DNA of 18,934 bases from Sedimentisphaerales bacterium (GCA_046760285.1 JBHIDV010000011.1:1-18934), one strand, 5' to 3'; counted from the stretch's first letter, positions 6,094-13,462 are shown. Numbers and translations: made by a program. The notes: generated by a model from the sequence alone, not told the origin.

Positions 6094-8631
6094 ATGTCAA
6101 ATATAACACGACGTGATTTCTTAAAGCTGGGCACGGCCAGCTCAACTCTCGCTGCTGCCGGGCTGGGTGCGGGAGCTACCCTTGCTGGCAGTATCAAGCT
6201 GACTGAAGGGGGTAGGAACTTTTCGGTCCGAACTGGTAAACAGCTAAAAGCCATCCCCTCGGCTTGCTGGCAATGCGTGACTCGTGATGGGATTATTGGA
6301 TACGTGGAAGATGGACGCCTGGTCAAAATCGAGGGCAATCCTAAGCTGCCTCGCACCAATGGCAAGCTTTGCTCCCGTGGCCAAGCTGGAACCAATATAC
6401 TTTACAACCCAGACCGTCTCCTCCATCCTTACAAACGTGTGGGTAAGCGTGGAGAGGGAAAATGGCAGCAAATATCGTGGGAGCAGGCCCTGGACCTGCT
6501 CGTCAACGGAGGCGAGATAGCCGGGCATAAGGTTAAAGGTCTGAAAACCCTTCTCGACGAGGGACACCCCGAAAAATTCATGTTCCACTATGGCCGGATG
6601 AAGGGCAGCGATAGCAAAATCATCAAAGACTACTTTCTGGCCGCATACGGCACTGGGACCGTTGGTAACCACACAGGCATTTGCGAGTCTGCCAAATGGA
6701 CGGCTCACGAGCTTACCTGGGGCAGCCACTATGACAACTGGGATTTTGAGAATACAAAGTTTATCCTGAACTTTGGAAGCAATGTTTTAGAGTGCCATAC
6801 CAATCATGTGCCTGAAGCACAGCGGTGCATCGACGCGATGGCAAAAGGTGTCCCCATGTACACTTTCGATGTGCGTCTGTCCAACACAGCAGCCAAGTCT
6901 ACGGAGTGGATTCCTATCAAGCCTGGCACGGACCTTGCGGTTGTCCTTGCTATGTGCAACGTCCTTCTGCAGAACGGCATTTGTGACAAGCAGTTCATCG
7001 AGACTTATACAAACGTAACTTGTGACGAACTAAAGAGCCATCTGGCGCAGTACACACCGCAGTGGGCCGAGCAGATTAGCGGTGTGCCGGCTGAGAAGAT
7101 CCGTACTATCGCCCTTGCTTATGGTCGAACGAAGCCGAGCGTATGTATCAGCTATCGTGGCGCCGTCATGCACTACAACGGTGTCCAAACGGAGCGGGCG
7201 ATACTTATGCTCGAGGCAATCGCCGGCAATATCGACTGTCCCGGCGGCCGCTGTCGGGCCGTGGGTGCAAAGTGGAAGTTTACCTTTGCCAAACCTACGA
7301 CGAAGGCCAAGAAGCTGCATATCCTTGATGGCGAAGAAGGCGCCTATGCGTATCCGACACACCACACCTCGCACCAAGTTTTCCATATGATCAACAAGGG
7401 CCCGGAACGTCCCGAAATCTACATGATATATTGTTACAACCCTATTTATGTCAATGGTGAGATACAGGCTAATATCGACCTTATGAAGGACGAGCAGAAG
7501 ATGCCTTTCATCGTGGCTGTTGATGTAGCGATCTCGGAAAGTGCGGAACTCGCTGACCTTCTGCTTCCTGACGCAACGTATCTGGAGCGCTGGACTGCTG
7601 ACGATATGGTCTGTCCGAGTCAAGTCCCTGAGTATTATATACGCCAACCACTGGTCAAGCCTTTAGGTGAGGCACGTAACTTTTGCGACGTGGTCTGTGA
7701 CATTGCCAAGCGACTCGGTCTGGACCTTGGATTCAACTCGGCGGAGGAGTTCGTCAGGAACGGCTGTGAGAACACCCCAGGTGTGAAGGAAGCAGGTGGA
7801 TTTGAGTACATGAAGAAGCACGGCGCCTGGTACGATAAGAGTGCCAAGCCGGCCTATTTCAGCCACACCAAAGAGGTGGATGTGACCGGAGCTACCCTGG
7901 ACGAGGCCACAGGGGTTTACTACAAGAAGCAGCCTGAAGACACAGACTATTCTTCACTCGATAGCAAACACGCCGCCGCCCAGTACGTCGCCCAGCGATG
8001 TGGCGACGGAGTTGCGCGAAAGGGTTTCCCACCCGACAAGCACAGATGGAAAACAGGTCTCTTTGAGATCCGCTCGAAAGCGCTCGCTGATAAAAGCTTC
8101 GATGCATTGCCCTCATGGATGCCCATCCCCGAACATGAAAAGATGGGGCCGGATGATTTGATCCTGACCACCTTCAAGGTCAATGTTCAGACCCACTCGC
8201 GCAGTCAGAACTGCAAGTGGCTCACAGAAATATTTCACGAAAATCCAGCGTGGATCCATCCGGCCACGGCAATGGCACGAGGCATCAAAGATGGAGATAT
8301 GATAAAAGTGATCTCGGCGATTGGTGAGATCACTACCAAGGCCAATGTGACTGAAGGTGTTGTTCCCGGAGTTGTAGCGATCTCAAACCACATGGGACAC
8401 TGGGCGTATGGCGGTTACGCCTCCGGTAAGTCATGCCAGGAACTCTTTAGCCACGAATGTGAGATCGACTGCCACCACAAGTGGTGGGGCAAGAATGCCA
8501 AAGACCGAGGTACCAAGGTATGGCGCGACGGAAGGGGCGTACACGTGAACTGGATAATTCCCAACGTTGGTGATCCTATTGGAGGCGCACAACGATGGAT
8601 GGATACAGTTGTGCGGGTGACTAAGGTGTGA
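6094..8631 (+). CDS. Molybdopterin (Mo/W-bisPGD) oxidoreductase catalytic subunit with Tat signal (TtrA/PsrA/SrdA-like)
   Basis: Twin-arginine motif TRRDFLKLG. The N-terminal Fe-S (FS0) motif C58-x2-C61-x3-D65-x27-C93 follows. The 845-aa length fits the DMSO reductase superfamily. The gene lies directly downstream of the ferredoxin and NrfD subunits. Confidence 0.9.
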   Translation: MSNITRRDFLKLGTASSTLAAAGLGAGATLAGSIKLTEGGRNFSVRTGKQLKAIPSACWQCVTRDGIIGYVEDGRLVKIEGNPKLPRTNGKLCSRGQAGTNILYNPDRLLHPYKRVGKRGEGKWQQISWEQALDLLVNGGEIAGHKVKGLKTLLDEGHPEKFMFHYGRMKGSDSKIIKDYFLAAYGTGTVGNHTGICESAKWTAHELTWGSHYDNWDFENTKFILNFGSNVLECHTNHVPEAQRCIDAMAKGVPMYTFDVRLSNTAAKSTEWIPIKPGTDLAVVLAMCNVLLQNGICDKQFIETYTNVTCDELKSHLAQYTPQWAEQISGVPAEKIRTIALAYGRTKPSVCISYRGAVMHYNGVQTERAILMLEAIAGNIDCPGGRCRAVGAKWKFTFAKPTTKAKKLHILDGEEGAYAYPTHHTSHQVFHMINKGPERPEIYMIYCYNPIYVNGEIQANIDLMKDEQKMPFIVAVDVAISESAELADLLLPDATYLERWTADDMVCPSQVPEYYIRQPLVKPLGEARNFCDVVCDIAKRLGLDLGFNSAEEFVRNGCENTPGVKEAGGFEYMKKHGAWYDKSAKPAYFSHTKEVDVTGATLDEATGVYYKKQPEDTDYSSLDSKHAAAQYVAQRCGDGVARKGFPPDKHRWKTGLFEIRSKALADKSFDALPSWMPIPEHEKMGPDDLILTTFKVNVQTHSRSQNCKWLTEIFHENPAWIHPATAMARGIKDGDMIKVISAIGEITTKANVTEGVVPGVVAISNHMGHWAYGGYASGKSCQELFSHECEIDCHHKWWGKNAKDRGTKVWRDGRGVHVNWIIPNVGDPIGGAQRWMDTVVRVTKV

Positions 8632-9524
8632 AAAGACAAAGCCAGAAAAACCCTTTAGGTTGGCCAGCGGTTAGAGAGCAGTGGCGTGAGCAGGCCATCA
8701 GCCGCAGTAATTGCTATGGTCTCTTGGCGCTTGTATTCCGAGGGCCACCGACTCGCGATGTTGTTGAGCGGCTCAGGACCCCATCATTGGCCCAGGCCCT
8801 CAACTACTTAGGATACGACGTCACACAGGAGCTCGCTGGCGAGCTTGAAGCATTGACGGAGCGCCTCCGCCAGCAATATACACGTATCTTTAGTGGTCCA
8901 GGGCCCCACGTCTCCCTCTATGCTTCGGTACACTATGCTAAGGGACCCCAGCCGCAAAAAATGGCGGCTGGGAGCCCTAATGAGGGGCGGTTCTGGGGTG
9001 ATTCTACTGTGTGGGTGAAACACTTTATCGAAACGACAGGACTTTCCTTCACAGGTAACTGGGACAGCATACCCGACCACATAGCAATCGAGCTTGAACT
9101 GATGCAACGGCTTACTGCCTACGAGGCTCAGCTATGGGCAAGCTTACCGGAACAATCGCATAATAAGAACAACATGGGCAAGCAAATCTGCCAATGTCTT
9201 CAGACACAAGAGCAGTTCCTCCGTGACCATCTGTGTTTATGGATTCCTCGATTCTGTAAGTGTGTATTAGAGACATCCACCGGTACTTTTTACCAGAAAA
9301 TGACGAAACTAACGAAGTTTCTCGTCCTCTCTGACGTTGAAAATGTAGTGGCTGCTCAAAGCATACTATCTGACTCATCTACAAAACGTCGACAACGCAA
9401 CGGTCTGTCCCAGCAGGAACCTAATATGGTAGGGACCCCGCTCCGCGGGAACCCAGCCAAGCCATTGGGTTCCCAGCCGCCATTTTTCGCGGCTGGGGTC
9501 CCATTCCAGGAGGAAAAGACATGA
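8628..9524 (+). CDS. TorD/DmsD/NarJ-family redox-enzyme maturation chaperone-like protein, with repeat-derived insertions and C-terminal extension
   Basis: GTG start overlapping the upstream stop (GTGA). Family motifs YTRIFSGPGPHVSLYASVH and IPDHIAIELELM are present. The gene contains palindromic element copy C in frame and ends with a ~70-aa tail encoded by the nested palindrome D. Confidence 0.6.
   Translation: MKRQSQKNPLGWPAVREQWREQAISRSNCYGLLALVFRGPPTRDVVERLRTPSLAQALNYLGYDVTQELAGELEALTERLRQQYTRIFSGPGPHVSLYASVHYAKGPQPQKMAAGSPNEGRFWGDSTVWVKHFIETTGLSFTGNWDSIPDHIAIELELMQRLTAYEAQLWASLPEQSHNKNNMGKQICQCLQTQEQFLRDHLCLWIPRFCKCVLETSTGTFYQKMTKLTKFLVLSDVENVVAAQSILSDSSTKRRQRNGLSQQEPNMVGTPLRGNPAKPLGSQPPFFAAGVPFQEEKT
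8942..8977. repeat. 36-nt GC-rich palindromic element, copy C, inside the TorD-like CDS
   Basis: GGGACCCCAGCCG-caaaaaatgg-CGGCTGGGAGCCC flanked by TAA/TAA. It encodes GPQPQKMAAGSP in frame. Confidence 0.85.
9432..9502. repeat. Nested palindromic element D (short palindrome D1 9432-9454 plus 36-nt copy D2 9467-9502) immediately upstream of the receiver gene RBS
   Basis: D1 is GGGACCCCGC-tcc-GCGGGAACCC. D2 is GGGTTCCCAGCCGC-catttttc-GCGGCTGGGGTCCC. The outer arms 9432-9439 and 9495-9502 and the inner arms 9447-9454 and 9467-9474 are complementary. D2 is flanked by ATT/ATT. Confidence 0.8.
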
Positions 9525-9985
9525 GCAGTCAACCAAAGAAGGTGCTTGTGGTAGATGATGACCAGAGTGCTATAGCGTTCGTGAAGGCTGCGCTCGAGCC
9601 AGAGAAGTACACCGTTATAGGCGCAGGTGACGGACTGGCCGGGCTGGAGCAAGCTCGCCAGGAACCTCCCGACCTTATCATACTTGATGTGTACATGCCT
9701 CGTCAGCCAGGATTTTACACGCTACGGGATATAAAAAACGACCCTAAAACTAAAGATATCCCTGTCATCATGCTTACTGGGGTCGGGGAGCGACTGGGCA
9801 TTACATTTTCTACGCAGGACATCTACGACTTCCTTGGGATTGAGCCTGATGTCTACCTCGAAAAACCGGTTGACCCGCTGTTCTTACGCAGGGTAGCAGA
9901 CAGACTCTCAGGAATAAATTCTGCTGCCAACGGCCGCGCAACCCCAAAGGACGTAAAAGATGGCAACAGCAAGCAACATTCTTAA
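9521..9985 (+). CDS. Stand-alone response regulator receiver (CheY-like REC) protein
   Basis: Strong SD AGGAGGA. It has the acidic pocket VLVVDDD, the phospho-acceptor Asp in IILDVYMP and no output domain (154 aa). Confidence 0.85.
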   Translation: MSSQPKKVLVVDDDQSAIAFVKAALEPEKYTVIGAGDGLAGLEQARQEPPDLIILDVYMPRQPGFYTLRDIKNDPKTKDIPVIMLTGVGERLGITFSTQDIYDFLGIEPDVYLEKPVDPLFLRRVADRLSGINSAANGRATPKDVKDGNSKQHS

Positions 9986-11051
9986 GTGGGCTGGACAACT
10001 CAACTGCAATATACCGTTGTTACATACGAAGATGGCGCAAGCTGCCTGTCGAAAACTGGCGGCGGATAAGAGTCCTCAAGCGGTGCCTTTCTTGGTGTCG
10101 GCCCTTGCCCACAACGATGAACAGGTAAGAATGATTGCTGAGAATGGGCTCAAATCACTGAGTGACCCGCAGGCCATCGATGCTCTTCTATTGGGTTATG
10201 TTTTTACCAAACAAGAGTCTGTCCGCAGAATCCTCACAGCCCTTGGACGTAAAGTGACAGAGGCTGCTGAGCTGCCCGCCCCGTCGTCCGAGTCTGCACC
10301 CGCAACTGCAGTGCAAGCATGGCAATTTCGCAACGATAAGGATGGGTCAATTTTAGCCTTTGTGCCAGAGGGAGACTTCCTGGCCGGTAAGGATAACTTC
10401 TCTGTGCATCTGCGGCCATATTACCTGGCTCTTACGTGTGTGACTAATGCCCAGTATGCACGGTTTCTGACGGAGCGAAGACCAAATTCGGCAAAACTAA
10501 CCAGTTGGATTAATCTCCGGCAGGCCTCGGCTGCTATTCAAAAAGAAGGGCACGCATATCAGGTGGACCCCGAAAAGGCAGAGTTACCGGTCATATGGGT
10601 TACCTGGGAGGGTGCAGCGGCATACTGCAAATGGGCTGGCTTACGGCTGCCCAGCGAACTGGAATGGGAGAAGGGTGCAAGAGGAGTTGACGGAAGGCTG
10701 TATCCGTGGGGCGATGAGTGGGAGGCAGGAAGACCCATGCTATCGGCAGGAGAGCGAAAACCGGAGGAAATAAGTAGTGTTTGGGCACACCCAGCCGCCC
10801 GCAGTCCATACGGACTTTATCAAATGATCGGAAACGTCTACGAGTGGTGCGCCGACCCGTACGAAGAAAATGTATATCAGCGTTATTCACAAGGCGACCT
10901 GAGGCCGCCACTCCAAGGAGAGCACAGGGTGTTGCGAGGCGGACCTTGGCGTTTTGGCACCCCCGCCCATTTGAGGACGGAATATCGCAAGGGTACTGTC
11001 TGGCGCGCCGGTACATTTCTCTGCGGTTTTAGATGTGCCAAGTCTCTGTGA
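9960..11051 (+). CDS. HEAT-repeat plus FGE-sulfatase (formylglycine-generating-enzyme-like, SUMF1/EgtB fold) domain protein
   Basis: N-terminal PBS-lyase-type HEAT repeats (AVPFLVSALAHNDEQVRMIAENGL). C-terminal FGE-family signatures WEGAAAYCKWAG, GNVYEWCADPY and RGGPWRF. The 9960 start overlaps the REC gene by 26 nt, so a later start is possible. Confidence 0.75.
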   Translation: MATASNILKWAGQLNCNIPLLHTKMAQAACRKLAADKSPQAVPFLVSALAHNDEQVRMIAENGLKSLSDPQAIDALLLGYVFTKQESVRRILTALGRKVTEAAELPAPSSESAPATAVQAWQFRNDKDGSILAFVPEGDFLAGKDNFSVHLRPYYLALTCVTNAQYARFLTERRPNSAKLTSWINLRQASAAIQKEGHAYQVDPEKAELPVIWVTWEGAAAYCKWAGLRLPSELEWEKGARGVDGRLYPWGDEWEAGRPMLSAGERKPEEISSVWAHPAARSPYGLYQMIGNVYEWCADPYEENVYQRYSQGDLRPPLQGEHRVLRGGPWRFGTPAHLRTEYRKGTVWRAGTFLCGFRCAKSL

Positions 11052-11082
11052 TGTTTCGACAAAGGCGAAATGAGCAGAAGCG

Positions 11083-12258
11083 ATGTTGCTGTTTGACAAA
11101 GCTCTGAGGATTGTTCTAAAATCCGCTCGCTTCACCGGCACCGAACGTGTTGACATTGCTCATGCGGTGAATCGGATATTGGCGGAGGATGTCAAATCGG
11201 ACATTGACATGCCTCCTTTCAATAAAGCAGCCATGGATGGCTACGCTTGTCGCAGAGAAGACCTTGCCAAGGAACTAACCGTAATAGAAACAATTCCTGC
11301 AGGTGTGTCCCCCAAGCGAACAATCGGGGCGAATCAATGCGCTAAAATCATGACTGGTAGTGTGGTGCCGGTCGGTGCCAACTGTGTGATTATGAAAGAG
11401 TATGCAGAAACTCGGACGAAGAACACTGTTTCTTTTGTCGGCGAAAAGACCGCCGACAACATTTGCCCAAAAGGTGAAGACATCAAGGCTGGTGATGTTG
11501 TCTTGCACAAGGGTACCTTGTTACGTCCACAGCACATTGCGGTTCTCGCATGTGTGGGCAGCGCCCGGCCAATGGTGGCGAAAAGGCCAAAGGTGGGGAT
11601 ATTCGCAACGGGTAATGAGCTGATTGAGCCAGCATCCCAGCCTGGACCATCCCAGATAAGAAACAGCAACAGCTTTCAGCTTGCCGCGCAGGTTGAAAGT
11701 ATAGGTGCGGTTGTAAGAAATTACGGTATTGCCAAAGACACCCACCAGGCTATTGACAATATGTTCAAAAAAGTTGCTGAAGAAAATCACGTTGTCATCG
11801 TCTCTGGCGGTGTTTCGGTAGGTGAATTCGACATTTTACCGACAATTCTTAGGCAAAACAATGTCGAGTTATTGTTCGAGAATATCGCCTTAAAGCCGGG
11901 AAAACCTACGGTCTTTGGCATATCGGAAAAGGCCTATTGTTTCGGCCTGCCCGGAAACCCCGTAGCATCCTTTGTATTATTCGAACTGATGGTTAAACCA
12001 TTTCTTTATAAGCTGATGGGCCATGATTACGCACCGCCTGATATTCAGATGCCTCTTGGAGAATCTATCAAGCTCAAGAAAGTGAAAAGGCAAAGTTGGG
12101 TCCCAGTTGCAATAACAGGGGTAGGCACATTAAAGCCGGTTGAATATCATGGGTCGGCGCACATCGGTGCTTTGTGTAAGGCGGATGGCTTGGTCAGTGT
12201 CGATGTTGGTGTGGCAGAAATTGCAGCGCCAACGGTGGTTCGAGTCAGGCTGATTTGA
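11083..12258 (+). CDS. moeA: Molybdopterin molybdotransferase MoeA
   Basis: The ~390-aa length, N-terminal L.F.EAL-like start and PFNKAAMDGYA motif fit the MoeA/gephyrin-E family. The gene is adjacent to moaA. Confidence 0.88.
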   Translation: MLLFDKALRIVLKSARFTGTERVDIAHAVNRILAEDVKSDIDMPPFNKAAMDGYACRREDLAKELTVIETIPAGVSPKRTIGANQCAKIMTGSVVPVGANCVIMKEYAETRTKNTVSFVGEKTADNICPKGEDIKAGDVVLHKGTLLRPQHIAVLACVGSARPMVAKRPKVGIFATGNELIEPASQPGPSQIRNSNSFQLAAQVESIGAVVRNYGIAKDTHQAIDNMFKKVAEENHVVIVSGGVSVGEFDILPTILRQNNVELLFENIALKPGKPTVFGISEKAYCFGLPGNPVASFVLFELMVKPFLYKLMGHDYAPPDIQMPLGESIKLKKVKRQSWVPVAITGVGTLKPVEYHGSAHIGALCKADGLVSVDVGVAEIAAPTVVRVRLI

Positions 12259-12288
12259 ACGTCAAGCAGCTCTGGTGGTTTGCAGGTC

Positions 12289-13245
12289 ATGCATGTGGAT
12301 GTTGATTATTTGAGAATTTCTGTTACCGACAGATGCAATCTACGGTGTATTTACTGTAATCCTTTAGGCCGTTGCGATTTTATAGAACATAAAGAGATTT
12401 TAAGATTTGAAGAGATATACCGTATTGTCAGACTTTTTGTCGAATGCGGCATCAGAAAGGTTAGGCTTACCGGAGGTGAGCCATTGGTCAGAAGAAATAT
12501 TGTTCAGTTGGTCCAAACACTGGCAGCGATACCACTTGATGATCTGGCGCTTACAACTAATGGAGTGCTTCTGGAACGAATGGCAGAAGAGCTCAAAGCC
12601 GCGGGGCTGAAACGCGTTAACATAAGTGTTGACTCTGCAGAGAGGGAAAGTTACAGACAGATTACCGGCTTTGACTTGTTGCCAAAGGTAACCAAAGGCA
12701 TTTATAAGGCCATAAAAGTTGGTCTCATGCCTGTCAAGACCAACAGCGTCATAATAAGAGACATCAATGTTTGCCAGATATTATCGCTTGCACAGATGAG
12801 TATTTATTTGCCGGTCATGGTCAGATTCATTGAATATTGCCCAGCCTGCAAGCATACGAAGCCAGCGAAATACTATGTACCTAACAGTGAAGTCCGCGAA
12901 ATTATTGAACGCAAATTCGGACCACTTTCAAACCTTTTGGCAGGCGGTACGAATGGTCCAGCTCTTTATTTCAAGATTAGAAATTCAGCCGGGGCCATAG
13001 GTTTCATAAACGGTAGATCTTCGGTATTTTGCCATTCGTGTAATCGGCTTCGGCTGACCAGCGACGGAAAACTCAAACCCTGCCTGTACTCAGCTCACCA
13101 CTATGACTTAAAAAAACTCATCAGAAGCGATGCTACTGACGGACAGATACTGGCTTTGCTAAAAAAAATAATTGCAGAAAAGTCCAGGTTCACAAAGCTG
13201 AATTCGTTTAGAGACGAATTCTCTATGCGCAAAGTTGGAGGTTGA
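12289..13245 (+). CDS. moaA: GTP 3',8-cyclase MoaA (radical SAM)
   Basis: YLRISVTDRCNLRCIYC radical-SAM CxxxCxxC motif and the C-terminal second cluster FCHSCNRLRLTSDGKLKPC are present. The ATG at 12289 follows GGTGG; the ORF track extends the frame to TTG at 12280. Confidence 0.88.
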   Translation: MHVDVDYLRISVTDRCNLRCIYCNPLGRCDFIEHKEILRFEEIYRIVRLFVECGIRKVRLTGGEPLVRRNIVQLVQTLAAIPLDDLALTTNGVLLERMAEELKAAGLKRVNISVDSAERESYRQITGFDLLPKVTKGIYKAIKVGLMPVKTNSVIIRDINVCQILSLAQMSIYLPVMVRFIEYCPACKHTKPAKYYVPNSEVREIIERKFGPLSNLLAGGTNGPALYFKIRNSAGAIGFINGRSSVFCHSCNRLRLTSDGKLKPCLYSAHHYDLKKLIRSDATDGQILALLKKIIAEKSRFTKLNSFRDEFSMRKVGG

Positions 13246-13341
13246 GAACCGTGGTAATTGACAGAGATATAATAATAGATAGATGTACGCATCAATGATG
13301 TTATTGTAAAGTTTGCTGCATACTTTTAAAATGATATGTAT

Positions 13342-13375
13342 CTGTAAACATCAATAACCGAGAGTTGTAAACATG
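13342..13375 (+). promoter_or_regulatory. Direct repeat YTGTAAACAT x2 (23-nt period) in the AT-rich leader upstream of the porin gene; candidate regulator binding site
   Basis: ctgtaaacat at 13342-13351 and ttgtaaacat at 13365-13374 lie in a 217-nt AT-rich intergenic region. The two copies resemble winged-helix direct-repeat operators such as Pho boxes, but there is no exact consensus match. Confidence 0.25.
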
Positions 13376-13462
13376 AAAAATTCAGAAAGGAGGTGAAACA
13401 AAGCAACGACGTACTAATGTACTTGGTAAACAGTAAAAGGAAATTTTTGAAAGGAAGTTTAA

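Noticed and set aside
6244-7647. Minus-strand ORFs 6244-6729 (161 aa) and 7030-7647 (205 aa) plus several 60-100 aa + frame ORFs inside the 845-aa catalytic subunit gene
   Set aside because: They are antisense or alternate-frame shadows of a long, motif-rich Mo-enzyme CDS, with no start context or recognisable domains.
10600-11669. Minus-strand ORFs 10600-11016 (138 aa), 10887-11156 and 11334-11669 overlapping the FGE-like and moeA genes
   Set aside because: They are antisense shadows with Arg/Pro-rich translations. The + strand genes have family motifs and SD sequences.
12259-12288. Possible Moco riboswitch upstream of moaA
   Set aside because: The moeA-moaA gap is only ~21-30 nt, far too short for the ~130-nt Moco aptamer. 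moaA is most likely translated from the operon transcript.
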